NCBI GenBank assembly: GCA_963825045.1 | Contig: CAWGSM010000037.1 | Location: forward strand, 46,083-110,082 | DNA length: 64,000 nt | Direction of reading: 5' to 3' | Source: an uncultured Flavobacteriaceae bacterium | GTDB lineage: Bacteria; Bacteroidota; Bacteroidia; Flavobacteriales; Flavobacteriaceae | In this document: piece after piece, positions 8,889-19,538 of the stretch | Position numbering within the stretch: the stretch's first letter is position 1 | How the letters are laid out: the number at the start of each line of letters is the position of its first letter | Made by a program: the position numbers and the translations under genes | Notes under the pieces: model-generated | What the model was told of the DNA's origin: nothing | Databases searched by the model: none | The model's input: only the letters and a program-made list of their open reading frames with translations

Positions 8889-9965
8889 TTGAGTAAAAAG
8901 CAGCAAAAATCAGCCCTGAGCGAAACAGACAACAATCCTTCCTCAAAAAATGTAAGCGCAGAATCTGCAAAAAATATCAGGAATTTCAGAAAAAATAAGT
9001 TTTCTGAAAAAGAACTGCTACATGAATTGCTGCAGGGAAACAAAACTGCTTTAGGTCGTGCTATCACCCTTGTAGAAAGTAACCAGAAAGCTCATCAACA
9101 GAAGGCCGAATTTATTATCGAAGGCGCTTTACCTAATGCACATAAATCTATACGAATTGGTATTACAGGCGTACCCGGAGTGGGAAAAAGTACTTTTATT
9201 GAAAGCATGGGCACTTACCTCATCTCTAAAGGAAAGAAAGTTGCAGTTCTGGCGGTGGACCCCAGCAGTAGTGTTTCCCGGGGAAGTATTCTGGGAGATA
9301 AAACCAGAATGGAAAATCTCGTAAAAGAGAAAAATGCATTTATCAGGCCGTCACCAAGTGGTGAATCGCTGGGCGGTGTAGCCCGGAAAACAAGGGAAAG
9401 TATTATTCTTTGCGAGGCAGCGGGTTTTGATGTTATCCTGATTGAAACCGTAGGAGTTGGACAAAGTGAAACCACAGTACACAGTATGACCGATTTTTTT
9501 CTTTTACTGAAACTTGCAGGTGCCGGGGATGAACTGCAGGGAATTAAACGTGGCATCGTAGAAATGGCAGATGCCATCGTGATCAATAAAGCCGACGGGG
9601 ATAATCAAAAAGCAGCCAGGGAAGCAAAATTGGAATTTAAGAGGGCACTTCATTTATATCCTCCTAAAGAAAGTGAGTGGACACCTAAGGTGAAGTTATG
9701 CAGTGCTTTATATAATTCGGGAATAGAAGAGACCTGGACTATGATCTCAGAATTTCAGAAGAAAACAGAGGCCATCGGCTTTTTTGAACATAATCGCCAT
9801 GAACAAAACAAATTCTGGCTCTTTCAAACTATAAATGACTATTTGAAAAGTCGCTTCTATGAAAAGGAAGAAATAAAGACCGCTTTAAAAGAGCAACTAC
9901 AGCTTATAGAAGAAAACAAGACCACTGCCTTTGCCGCTGCTAAACACCTTTTACGTCTCGGTTGA
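8889..9965 (+). CDS. meaB: Methylmalonyl-CoA mutase-associated GTPase MeaB/ArgK
   Basis: GVPGVGKST, VDPSS, GDKTRM, ETVGVGQSE, NKAD. Confidence 0.93.
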   Translation: MSKKQQKSALSETDNNPSSKNVSAESAKNIRNFRKNKFSEKELLHELLQGNKTALGRAITLVESNQKAHQQKAEFIIEGALPNAHKSIRIGITGVPGVGKSTFIESMGTYLISKGKKVAVLAVDPSSSVSRGSILGDKTRMENLVKEKNAFIRPSPSGESLGGVARKTRESIILCEAAGFDVILIETVGVGQSETTVHSMTDFFLLLKLAGAGDELQGIKRGIVEMADAIVINKADGDNQKAAREAKLEFKRALHLYPPKESEWTPKVKLCSALYNSGIEETWTMISEFQKKTEAIGFFEHNRHEQNKFWLFQTINDYLKSRFYEKEEIKTALKEQLQLIEENKTTAFAAAKHLLRLG

Positions 9966-10529
9966 TCCTTTGATGAATCGGGCTATTAAAAATTCCCTCA
10001 ACCTGAAGAAAATATAACCTAGCAATGCTCCAAAGAACCAGCCTGTAATAATATCTCCCGGATAGTGAACACCCAGATATATTCGGCTATAAGAGACAAT
10101 TATAGCCCAGAAAATAAGAAAAATAAAGAGCTTAGGATAAACTTTCCTGAAGATAAGACTCAAAAAAACAGCGACGCCGGTAGAATTAGCTGCATGAGCT
10201 GAGAAATAGCCGAACCTGCCACAGCGATTCGCGACTATTCTGGCATATTCCTTTACTCCTTCCTGACCACACGGCCTAGGTCTTTCAAAGCCATGTTTGA
10301 ACAGATTAGCTAGCTGATCTGTAGCGGTTATTAATAGGGCAACTACGATTATGGTAACCACCGTTGGTTTCCAACCAAATTTCTTAAAAAGCAGAAATAG
10401 CAGAATGGCATACAGAGGAATCGCCATCCATTTATCGCTAATTGCGACCCAAAGCCAGTCCCAGTTATCTGAACCTAAATTGTTGAGAAACAGAAATAGC
10501 TCTCTGTCTAATTCGGCTAACTTTTCCAT
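9951..10529 (-). CDS. PAP2-family membrane phosphatase
   Basis: KHGFERPRP, SAHA, SRIYLGVHYPGD. Confidence 0.9.
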   Translation of the reverse strand: MEKLAELDRELFLFLNNLGSDNWDWLWVAISDKWMAIPLYAILLFLLFKKFGWKPTVVTIIVVALLITATDQLANLFKHGFERPRPCGQEGVKEYARIVANRCGRFGYFSAHAANSTGVAVFLSLIFRKVYPKLFIFLIFWAIIVSYSRIYLGVHYPGDIITGWFFGALLGYIFFRLREFLIARFIKGSTET

Positions 10530-10759
10530 TAGTCGTCTTCGTATCGGCTTACCTCCCGGTCGTAAAATTCATTGGCCTGGGTAATGAGTGCTTCAGCTTC
10601 ACTTGAAAGTTCTTTTTCATCTTCTTTATCAAAATCCTCAAACCATTCGACCTCATCATTTTCCAGATTAATAATAAACCTTGGATATTCAGTATGTATA
10701 ACAAAAATTGAATCAGGAAGATCTGTATTATCTCCTAAAATAAATTTTGGCAGTTGCAT
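10529..10759 (-). CDS. Small acidic hypothetical protein
   Basis: 76-aa ORF packed between MATE and PAP2 genes; 'FVIHTEYPRF'. Confidence 0.75.
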   Translation of the reverse strand: MQLPKFILGDNTDLPDSIFVIHTEYPRFIINLENDEVEWFEDFDKEDEKELSSEAEALITQANEFYDREVSRYEDD

Positions 10760-10773
10760 ATAGTATATTCTTT

Positions 10774-12135
10774 TTAAACTGTTAGTTCTTTCCTTTTGAG
10801 GATATGTTTTTTACTTAAATAATTGAATCTAAAATACAATAATATTGCCGAGGATGTCAACCCAGCCATTAAACCCAGCCAGATACCCATACTCCCCAGC
10901 CGGTCAGCCTGGCCAAAATAATAACTAACCGGGAAACCTATGACCCAGTAAGCAATAAAACAAATCAAGGTGGGTACTTTTACATCCTGCAATCCGCGTA
11001 AGGCACCAAGAATTACAACCTGCACCCCATCACTCAACTGAAACAGGGCGGCTATGATTAGTAATTGAGATGCCAAACCAATTACTTCCAAGTTATTTAT
11101 GTAAAAGGCGGGTAAAATATCTTTCAGTAAAATAAAGAGCACGGCGAAAACCGCTTCAATTATAAAAACAAGCAGAAAAATAGAAAAACCTATCCTCCTT
11201 AACTCCTTGTATTGCTTTAGCCCAACCTGGTTCCCCACCCTTATGGTGGCCGTTACCCCGAGACCGACCGCCACCATAAAGGTCATGGAGGCCAGATTAA
11301 GAGCTATCTGGTTTGCTGCCTGGGGATTAGTCCCCAGATTTCCAGCCAGGAAAATGGTAGCTGTAAAAATGGCCACTTCAAATAACATTTGCAAGGCTGT
11401 GGGAAATCCTAAGGAAAGAAGTCTCTTGAAAATATCAAGCTTCAGCATTTCCTTTCTCGACCATTTAAAATATTCAAAAAATTGAGATTTACGTTTTAAA
11501 ATCTCCCATATAAACCATAACATGAAAAATCTGGAGATCAAGGTGGCCCAGGCTGCTCCTTCCAGTTCAAGGCGCGGAAAGAACCAGATACCATAAATAA
11601 GAAAATAGTTAAATACCACATTTACGAGGTTAGCCAGCAAAGTGGCATACATAGCATATCTTGTTTGAGAAAGTCCGTCTGCAAACTGTTTAAAGGCCTG
11701 AAAAGCCATTAAAGGCAGCATAGACAGCGCGACGATATTTAGATATGGGATAGCAAGTTCCACTACTTCTTCGGGCTGATCCAGATAATAAAGAACAGGT
11801 TTGGCGGCCAGTAACATTAAAAAAAGCAGGAGTCCGTTTATGGTACTAAGAATAAGACCATGGTGAAAATAACTCCTACCGCCTTCCAGATCTTCTGCTC
11901 CGTCTGCTTCAGCAATAAGTGGTGTAATAGCAAAAGAGAAACCGATTCCCAGGGACAAGGCAATAAAGACGAGTGCATTACCTAGTGAAACGGCCGCAAG
12001 AGGTGCGGCTCCCAGTCTTCCAATCATTAAATTATCAACCAACCCAACCATTACATGACCCAGCTGACCGAGCATAACGGGATAGGCGATATTCAGATTT
12101 CTACCGAATTCTTTGGTATAATTGGATAACTGCAA
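10774..12135 (-). CDS. MATE family efflux transporter (NorM-like)
   Basis: About 12 TM; VDNLMIGRLG, LGFPTALQ, GALRGLQD. Confidence 0.92.
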   Translation of the reverse strand: MQLSNYTKEFGRNLNIAYPVMLGQLGHVMVGLVDNLMIGRLGAAPLAAVSLGNALVFIALSLGIGFSFAITPLIAEADGAEDLEGGRSYFHHGLILSTINGLLLFLMLLAAKPVLYYLDQPEEVVELAIPYLNIVALSMLPLMAFQAFKQFADGLSQTRYAMYATLLANLVNVVFNYFLIYGIWFFPRLELEGAAWATLISRFFMLWFIWEILKRKSQFFEYFKWSRKEMLKLDIFKRLLSLGFPTALQMLFEVAIFTATIFLAGNLGTNPQAANQIALNLASMTFMVAVGLGVTATIRVGNQVGLKQYKELRRIGFSIFLLVFIIEAVFAVLFILLKDILPAFYINNLEVIGLASQLLIIAALFQLSDGVQVVILGALRGLQDVKVPTLICFIAYWVIGFPVSYYFGQADRLGSMGIWLGLMAGLTSSAILLYFRFNYLSKKHILKRKELTV

Positions 12136-12209
12136 AAACTTAAATTTAAGTCAGCAAAGGTATAGGTTTAGGATTTTTAAGTACTGAAAACTGATAATTC
12201 TTTAAAAAA

Positions 12210-13631
12210 TCAATCAGGCAGGGAAGTATTTTCAGTATTTATCCCACTAAAACCGTGCTGGTCAACAAGATACATTAAAGATGCCATAGTAGCAGCACCC
12301 AATTCAAGTTCTCTTTTATTTACCTTATCAAAGGTATCGTTGGCCGCGTGATGATAGTCAAAATAACGTTGTGAATCTGGTCTTAACCCAGCCAGCACAA
12401 TACCTTCGTCTTTTAAGGGTCCAATATCGGCACCACTCCCACCTTTTTCAAAGTAATGGATGAGATAAGGTTTAAAAAGCTTTTGCCAGGAAAGAATTTG
12501 GTCAAATTGAGAATCATTAGAGGTTATACTAAAACCCCGCGGCGTAAACCCACCAGAATCACTTTCCAGACCAAACACATGGTTCTCATTTTTATCCTTT
12601 GCCACTTCAGCATATTTATTACCTCCGCGCAAACCATTTTCTTCATTCATAAACAGCACTACCCGGATTGTTCTCCTGGGCTTATAATTAAGCTCTTTGA
12701 ATAACCTAAGTACTTCCATAGACTGGACCACACCCGCTCCATCATCATGAGAACCATCTCCAAGGTCCCATGAATCAAGGTGTCCACCCACAACCATTAT
12801 TTCATCAGGGTACACTGAACCAGTAATTTCACCAATTACATTATAAGACTGAACATCTTCATGTTGCTCACAATTCATTTTAAAATAAAGCTCCAGGTCA
12901 TTTTGAATACTAAGTAAACTGCTTAGATAATTTGCATCATTGGTAGAAATTGCGGCTGCAGGAATCCTTTTATTTACGGGTAGATCACCATAGCTCATAG
13001 AACCTGTATGAGGATTATCGTCCATTCGTAGATTCATAGACCTAACGATCACGCCTACCGCACCATATTTTGCTGCTTCCTGAGCTCCCATATATCTCTG
13101 ATCCACACAGCCACCATAAGCTTCAAAGGTATGAATCAGGTCTGCTCGCATAGGGCGATTATAGAAAACGATCTTACCTTCAATAGCTTCACGACCGTAT
13201 TCTTTAAGTTGTTCGACACCTTGAACCTCTATAACTTTAGCCTTTGTCCCTCCAGCCGGAGTAGCTACAGATCCTCCTAAAGCGGTTATATTTACATTAC
13301 GCGTTTCACCAGGACCTGTTTGGATATAAGCAAATTCCCTTTCACCCCGGGTCCATTTTGGCACCATCACAGGTTGAAGCCATACTTTATCCAAGCCAAG
13401 TTCTTCAAGTTGAACCTTTGTATATTCTACTGCCTGCTGGGCTTCGTAAGAACCTGAAAGCCGTCCTCCAATTTCATTCGATAAATAATCAAGCCACTCA
13501 TAACTTTTCCCATTAAGCAGCGACATATCATATATACTTCTAATTTTAAGGGAGTCCTGATTATACTGAGACTGGGCGGATATTGATAGGACTGAAAACA
13601 GGATGAGACAAAAAGAAAATACGGACTTCAT
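12210..13631 (-). CDS. M28 family peptidase (carboxypeptidase Q-like), secreted
   Basis: GGHLDSWD, HDDGAG, NEENGLRG, YHH. Confidence 0.9.
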   Translation of the reverse strand: MKSVFSFCLILFSVLSISAQSQYNQDSLKIRSIYDMSLLNGKSYEWLDYLSNEIGGRLSGSYEAQQAVEYTKVQLEELGLDKVWLQPVMVPKWTRGEREFAYIQTGPGETRNVNITALGGSVATPAGGTKAKVIEVQGVEQLKEYGREAIEGKIVFYNRPMRADLIHTFEAYGGCVDQRYMGAQEAAKYGAVGVIVRSMNLRMDDNPHTGSMSYGDLPVNKRIPAAAISTNDANYLSSLLSIQNDLELYFKMNCEQHEDVQSYNVIGEITGSVYPDEIMVVGGHLDSWDLGDGSHDDGAGVVQSMEVLRLFKELNYKPRRTIRVVLFMNEENGLRGGNKYAEVAKDKNENHVFGLESDSGGFTPRGFSITSNDSQFDQILSWQKLFKPYLIHYFEKGGSGADIGPLKDEGIVLAGLRPDSQRYFDYHHAANDTFDKVNKRELELGAATMASLMYLVDQHGFSGINTENTSLPD

Positions 13632-13695
13632 ATATGGCAATTTTGGGTGCTAAATAACAGGAAAAATTTATTTTTAAAAAGGATTAATTCAAAAA

Positions 13696-14574
13696 CTATT
13701 CCTTTTTAAGCTGTTCCCTGTATTCATCAATATTCCGGCGAATTTCCGGTTCCAACTCAGGTTCCTTTACATTTTTATATTTGGTAAGTTCTTCATGTAA
13801 AATACTGGCTACAATGTATCGTGCTGTTGCCTTATCGTCAGCAGGGACAACATACCATGGTGTTTCCTGAGTAGAAGTTCGATTAATAGCATCTTCATAA
13901 CACTCCTGATATTTATCCCACAGTTTTCTTTCCTTAAGATCTCCAGGAGAAAATTTCCAGTTTTTGCTGGGCTTATCCAACCTTCTCAGAAGTCGGTTCT
14001 TTTGCTCCTTTTTTGAAAGATGTAAAAAGAATTTAAAAACAATGGTTCCATTATGAACAATATGTTTTTCGAAATCCAGTATTTCTTTAAAACGTTGTTC
14101 CCAGAATTCATCATCTATATCTTCCACTTTTTCAATCCCCGGTATATTTTCATTGAGAATATATTCCGGATGCACCCTTGTTACCAGCACATTCTCATAA
14201 TGAGTACGATTAAAAATACCAAATTTCCCACGTTGTGGAAGGGCTATATAATGTCTCCATAAAAAATCATGCTTTAATTCCAGAGAAGTAGGAGTTTTAA
14301 AACTATGTACTACCACTCCCCGAGTATTGAAATCTTTAAAAACCTCACGAATAAGACTATCTTTTCCCGCGGTGTCCATTCCCTGAAGACATATTAAGAC
14401 TGCATATTTGTTATAGGCATATAAGGTATCCTGCCAATCCCCCAGATCTTCTCTAATATTCTGAAGCTCATCTTCTATTTTCTCTTCTTTAGCATGTAAA
14501 TCGACGAAGGTTTTTCTCTCAGAAAGTTTTATTCGAGAATCCACTTTGAATTGGGAAGGCTTAATATCTCTCAT
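13696..14574 (-). CDS. Polyphosphate kinase 2 family (class III-type)
   Basis: QGMDTAGKDS Walker A, FNRTHYE, KNWKFSPGD. Confidence 0.92.
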   Translation of the reverse strand: MRDIKPSQFKVDSRIKLSERKTFVDLHAKEEKIEDELQNIREDLGDWQDTLYAYNKYAVLICLQGMDTAGKDSLIREVFKDFNTRGVVVHSFKTPTSLELKHDFLWRHYIALPQRGKFGIFNRTHYENVLVTRVHPEYILNENIPGIEKVEDIDDEFWEQRFKEILDFEKHIVHNGTIVFKFFLHLSKKEQKNRLLRRLDKPSKNWKFSPGDLKERKLWDKYQECYEDAINRTSTQETPWYVVPADDKATARYIVASILHEELTKYKNVKEPELEPEIRRNIDEYREQLKKE

Positions 14575-14652
14575 ATCAACAGGTTTTGATATGAAATATA
14601 CGATCTTTAAGAGAATTAATTTTTTTATCTTCGCAGGAAATAATTTTTCAGC

Positions 14653-15258
14653 TTGGACAAACTCGAAAGAAAAGATATAATAGATAAGGTTAGCACCCTT
14701 TTAAAGGAAATTCCAACTTCCATGGATATTGTGAAAAAGGGAGGAAACAGGGATAGAAGATTTGATTATCTGGCTACACACATGGTAGACAAAGCGATTG
14801 AAAAAGACGCGCTCATCGTTTCTGACAACCGCCAGGGAATTGCAATTCTTTTTAAAACCAGTAAGAAAGACGATAATATCTGGAAAGATCTATGGTCTGA
14901 GCTAAAACTTGTTGCTAATGTCACAGGAGTTAAGAATGCCCTGAAAATTCTAAAAACGCAAAAATACATCAAGAATCAACGTCCTCAGGAAGGAGAATAT
15001 CTATACTGCTGGTTTTGGGGAATTCTGAAAGATTTCCGTGGAGCAGATACTCAGGTAGGTAAGGAAATGAAGGATGTTTTTTTTAGGACCGCGCATGACA
15101 CCGGATTGGAGTTATATGCAGAAACCCGTGGAAGAACAAATGCGATCGTTTACCAACGGGTTGGTTTTGAGCTTTTTCATGAATGGGAGCATCCAAGTGG
15201 TGACATCATGTATTTTTTAAAGTACAACCCAAAGAATCCCAGGAATAAAAGACCTTAG
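14653..15258 (+). CDS. Hypothetical protein, probable GNAT fold
   Basis: YLYCWFWG, LYAET and YQRVGFE resemble GNAT motifs A/B. Confidence 0.6.
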   Translation: MDKLERKDIIDKVSTLLKEIPTSMDIVKKGGNRDRRFDYLATHMVDKAIEKDALIVSDNRQGIAILFKTSKKDDNIWKDLWSELKLVANVTGVKNALKILKTQKYIKNQRPQEGEYLYCWFWGILKDFRGADTQVGKEMKDVFFRTAHDTGLELYAETRGRTNAIVYQRVGFELFHEWEHPSGDIMYFLKYNPKNPRNKRP

Positions 15259-16421
15259 AAGCGGCTTCCAAAAAGTTTAACATCCTCATCGGTAATTTCC
15301 TTACCACCTAAAATAATGAGCCTTTCTACAACATTTCGTAATTCGCGAACATTCCCGCGCCATTCATTTTCTTTTAAAAGATCTATGGCTTTACTGGTAA
15401 ATTCCTTTTTAGGAGTGCCCTGTTCCTGAGCTATTTTCTCACTGAAATAGTCCACTAATAATGGAATATCCTCTTTTCTTTCCTTTAAGGAAGGTACCTC
15501 GATAAGGATTACAGCCAGCCTGTGATAAAGATCCTCCCGAAAGTTATTTTCTTCAATTTCTTTTTTGAGGTCCTTATTTGTCGCCGCAATTACACGTACA
15601 TCAATCTTAATATCCTTATCGCTCCCCACCCGAGATATTTTACTTTCCTGCAGAGCTCTTAAAACTTTGGCCTGCGCCGAAAGACTCATATCTCCAATTT
15701 CATCCAGAAAAATGGTTCCTTTATTAGCTGCCTCAAATTTACCTGCCCTGTCTTTATTGGCTGAAGTAAAAGCGCCTTTGACGTGTCCAAACAATTCACT
15801 TTCTATCAATTCAGAAGGAATCGCAGCACAGTTCACTTCTATCATAGCGCCTTTGGAACGATCACTTTTTTCATGCACCCAATGTGCAACCAATTCTTTC
15901 CCAGTTCCATTTGGACCGGTAATAAGTACCCGGGCGTCTGTATGCGCTACTTTCTCGATCATTTCTTTGATATTATGAATCGCTTCGGATTCTCCTATCA
16001 TTTCATAATTCTTACTGACTTTTTTCTTAAGCCTTGTATTTTCAGCTACCAGTTCTTTGCGGTCCAGAGCATTCCGAACCGTATTTAAAAGTCGGTTAAG
16101 ATCCGGCGGTTTTGAAATATAATCAAAAGCTCCAATTTTCATGGTATTTACCGCGGTATCCAGATCACCATGACCAGAGATCATCACCACCGGGATTTCA
16201 GGTTTTATTTTTTTGATCGCTTCCAGTACCTCAACGCCGTCCATTTTCGGCATTTTAATATCACAGAGAATAAGATCAAAATCCTCATTCTTTACAAGGT
16301 CCATTCCAGCGAGACCATCTTCTGCCTCCATTACAGAATAATCCTTATTCTCTTCTGTTAAAATCTTAGTAAGTACTCTTCTAATTGAAGCCTCGTCTTC
16401 TATCAATAATATTTTTGCCAT
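15255..16421 (-). CDS. Sigma-54-dependent response regulator (REC + AAA+, no clear HTH)
   Basis: CDIKMP receiver, GPNGTGKE, ESELFGHVKGAFTSA, FLDEIGD, WRGNVREL. Confidence 0.92.
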   Translation of the reverse strand: MAKILLIEDEASIRRVLTKILTEENKDYSVMEAEDGLAGMDLVKNEDFDLILCDIKMPKMDGVEVLEAIKKIKPEIPVVMISGHGDLDTAVNTMKIGAFDYISKPPDLNRLLNTVRNALDRKELVAENTRLKKKVSKNYEMIGESEAIHNIKEMIEKVAHTDARVLITGPNGTGKELVAHWVHEKSDRSKGAMIEVNCAAIPSELIESELFGHVKGAFTSANKDRAGKFEAANKGTIFLDEIGDMSLSAQAKVLRALQESKISRVGSDKDIKIDVRVIAATNKDLKKEIEENNFREDLYHRLAVILIEVPSLKERKEDIPLLVDYFSEKIAQEQGTPKKEFTSKAIDLLKENEWRGNVRELRNVVERLIILGGKEITDEDVKLFGSRF

Positions 16422-17320
16422 TAGAATATTGTAAATTTTAGTCCGCTTCTCGCGTAAAAAGAATTGGTATCATTTATAGTAAAAAGACTCTTCTTCTTAC
16501 GGTCCCTTAAACGGATGTCGTTCAAAATAGTATTGCCGGCGTACAGGTAAAATTTAAAATGATCTGAGATACTATATTCATATCCTACACCACTTAGCAA
16601 AACGGTCATAGAAATGCTCCTTGCCAGTTTATTATTCTCCGGATCGTTGGGAGCGACATCAAAATCTTCCTGCACATTGGCAAAAAAACCGTCCAGAGTT
16701 ACAAAAGCCTGGACCGCATGTTTGTCATTAAAATAATACTTTAAATTGGATTTTGGGGTACCAACCATATAAGACCAGTTTTTGTTCCACCTTTTATAGT
16801 AATTAACGATGGGCAAGGGAAATGGAAATCCGGTGGTAGTAGAGTACTTTAATCCAAGAATAAGTCTCCATGGTTCATAATAGCGCTCATCTTCTTTTAT
16901 CTTAATAAAATAGACGGCACCGGTATATATAAGGTCCTTATTGATAATTTTTCCTGTAGTAAAATTGGAGGCTACCTTTACTCCTCCTTCCATACCATAA
17001 CGCCAGTATTCATTCATTTTGAAGGTATATCCTAAAGTGGCCGTAAACGACTGAAAATGATTGAGATCATTGGTTTGAAAATTTTCAGGATCTTCATATT
17101 CAAAGCTTACAAAGCGATACTCCAAACCAGGAACAAGATAACTCCCTTCTTTAAGTTCTATGGGATATGCTACCTGTGCTCTAAATCTTCTAAAGGAATT
17201 ATCAGAAGAAGACTGTGGGAAATAAGTGAATTCCACGCGAGCAAGATCGGTACTCTGTGAAACTGCCGAGAATCCCAGAAAAAATAACATTAAAGCCGAA
17301 AATTTTTTAATTCTCATCAT
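16421..17320 (-). CDS. DUF6268-like outer-membrane beta-barrel protein
   Basis: Signal peptide, alternating aromatic strands, GFPFPLP, C-terminal Phe. Confidence 0.7.
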   Translation of the reverse strand: MMRIKKFSALMLFFLGFSAVSQSTDLARVEFTYFPQSSSDNSFRRFRAQVAYPIELKEGSYLVPGLEYRFVSFEYEDPENFQTNDLNHFQSFTATLGYTFKMNEYWRYGMEGGVKVASNFTTGKIINKDLIYTGAVYFIKIKEDERYYEPWRLILGLKYSTTTGFPFPLPIVNYYKRWNKNWSYMVGTPKSNLKYYFNDKHAVQAFVTLDGFFANVQEDFDVAPNDPENNKLARSISMTVLLSGVGYEYSISDHFKFYLYAGNTILNDIRLRDRKKKSLFTINDTNSFYARSGLKFTIF

Positions 17321-18236
17321 CGTCATTTAAATTAATTTCAGGAGGATAAAACATATGTACATCTCTTTGAGGGAAAGGGATGGTTATATCGTTTAATCTG
17401 AACTTATTATTGATCTTGAATCGAAGTTCACTTTTCACTTTGGGATCCACGAAGCTATCAGACACATAAAAATGAAGCCCAAATAACAAGGCTGAATCTC
17501 CAAAATCTTCAAATAGTACAAAGGGTTCCGGTTTTTTAAGAATGCCTTTTTGTTCACGTGCACATTCCAATAGTACTTCCCTTACCTTTTCCACATCGCT
17601 GCCATAGGAAACTCCTACTTTTACCACTTCCCTGGTAGTTTTGTGGTTCTGGGTATAATTATATACCGTATCACTTATAAATTTGTGATTTGGAATGATC
17701 ATCACCTTATCATCCCTGGTAAGCGCGCGGGTAGTTCGTAATTTAATTTCAAAGACTCTGGCTACACGACCTTCCATTTCGATCACATCCCCTACCAGCA
17801 GTGATTTATCAAGAATAATAAAAATTCCACCAATCACATCCTGAAACAACTCCTGTAAGGCCAGACCAAGACCTACAAAAAGTGCTGCCGATGCGGTAAG
17901 AAGTATCGTGATATCAACCCCTGTTGAACTTAAGGTGATAAGAATGACCACCACATATACAAAATATCTTATGAACTTAAAGACACTGATGAATTTCATC
18001 TTGTCCTCATCCATAAGTTTTGAGGTGATAAACGATCTTATAAGCCTTAAAACAAGATTTGTAACTATAAATGCAAGGACAACAATTACAACAAGTCCAA
18101 CCGAAATGGTGATTTCATCTTTACCAACGGGAAATGAATAACCAAACTCCCAGATATCTTTCATAGTTCCCCAGATATCCTTTTCGATAACCTGGGTAAC
18201 CTTATCTTTAGTTGTTTGATCCTGTAGTAATATCAT
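17307..18236 (-). CDS. MscS small-conductance mechanosensitive channel
   Basis: GLGLALQELFQD, IIPNHKF, FEDFGDSAL, IPFPQRD. Confidence 0.92.
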   Translation of the reverse strand: MILLQDQTTKDKVTQVIEKDIWGTMKDIWEFGYSFPVGKDEITISVGLVVIVVLAFIVTNLVLRLIRSFITSKLMDEDKMKFISVFKFIRYFVYVVVILITLSSTGVDITILLTASAALFVGLGLALQELFQDVIGGIFIILDKSLLVGDVIEMEGRVARVFEIKLRTTRALTRDDKVMIIPNHKFISDTVYNYTQNHKTTREVVKVGVSYGSDVEKVREVLLECAREQKGILKKPEPFVLFEDFGDSALLFGLHFYVSDSFVDPKVKSELRFKINNKFRLNDITIPFPQRDVHMFYPPEINLNDDDEN

Positions 18237-18239
18237 TCT

Positions 18240-19538
18240 TTAGTATTTTAACCACTTATAGATTTCCTTATAACTTGGTTTTTTACCGTACATAAGAATT
18301 CCTACTCGATATATTTTTGCTGAAAGCCATAGAACTCCAAAATTTGTAGCTATCAAAATACTTATTGATATGGCTATTTCCCACCACGGAACGCCAAATG
18401 GAATTCTCATTAACATCACAATGGGCGATGTAAGCGGAATAAGTGAAAAAATAGTTGAAACCGTCCCATGCGGATTTTCTACCACAGAAAAGAATCCTAC
18501 ATAAATACCCAGAATAAGAGGTAGAATTATAGGAAACATGAATTGCTGCGTATCGGTTTCGCTGTCTACAGCAGCCCCAATAGCCGCGTAAATAGAACTG
18601 TAAAGAAAATACCCCCCTATAAAATAAATAAGAAAGAAAATTAGAAGACTGGCATAAGGCAGTTTAAGAATATCAATTACCAGTTGATTCATTTCTGGTT
18701 TCATAGCTCCATCTACCATTTCAGCAGCAGGCGGTTGAGCCGCAAAAGGATCTATCCCTAAAAAGGAAGATATTCCAAATAATAAAAATGATCCTAATAT
18801 GATCCAGATCGCAAACTGGGTAACTCCTGCCATGGAGGTGCCAAGCACTTTTCCCAGTAATAACTGAAAAGGTTTTACCGAGGAAACTATGATCTCTATG
18901 ATCCGGTTTGTTTTTTCTTCGATGACACTTCTCATTACCATATTCCCATAAATGATAATAAACATCATAAGCAGATACCCGGCCGCGCCGCCAAAGAACA
19001 TCTTGATATAATTAGACATTTTAGAACTGCGTTCTCCAGAAAAATTCTGGATCTCAATATTCACTTTTGCCCTCGCCTTATCGATCTCCGAAACATCAAT
19101 TCCTTTCGCAATAAGCTGTTCCCGGGTGAGTTTATCAGAAATGGTCTTTTCTATATTTTCCACCGTCCCAAAACCAGGCGTTTCCTTTCCAAAAAACTCA
19201 ACCTGTGCCGGTTTTGAAGACCCGGGTTCGGCACTGCCTATATGGATCAATCCAAAATATTCGTTATCCAATACCGTCTGAGTGGCTTTCTCTAATGATT
19301 CATTCGAAAAATCCAGATACTGGACCTGCTCCTTATCTTTAAATTCTTCAGCAAACAATCCGGTTTCATCATGGATACCAATAATCTTTTGATCTGTACT
19401 GTTCAGCATACTTAAATATGCGATAAGCAGAATCATTCCTACGAAAATAAGCGGACTCAAAAAAGTCATTACTATAAAAGTCCTATTCCTAACCCTGGCC
19501 AGGTATTCACGTTGGATAATTAAACGTAGATTACGCAT
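18240..19538 (-). CDS. ABC-2 transporter permease (NatB-like)
   Basis: EEKTNRIIEII, GKVLG, YSSIYAAIGA. Confidence 0.9.
   Translation of the reverse strand: MRNLRLIIQREYLARVRNRTFIVMTFLSPLIFVGMILLIAYLSMLNSTDQKIIGIHDETGLFAEEFKDKEQVQYLDFSNESLEKATQTVLDNEYFGLIHIGSAEPGSSKPAQVEFFGKETPGFGTVENIEKTISDKLTREQLIAKGIDVSEIDKARAKVNIEIQNFSGERSSKMSNYIKMFFGGAAGYLLMMFIIIYGNMVMRSVIEEKTNRIIEIIVSSVKPFQLLLGKVLGTSMAGVTQFAIWIILGSFLLFGISSFLGIDPFAAQPPAAEMVDGAMKPEMNQLVIDILKLPYASLLIFFLIYFIGGYFLYSSIYAAIGAAVDSETDTQQFMFPIILPLILGIYVGFFSVVENPHGTVSTIFSLIPLTSPIVMLMRIPFGVPWWEIAISISILIATNFGVLWLSAKIYRVGILMYGKKPSYKEIYKWLKY

Noticed and set aside
15255-16421. GAFTSA instead of GAFTGA as a sign of an inactive activator
   Set aside because: The critical Phe-Thr is retained, so the variant alone does not indicate loss of function
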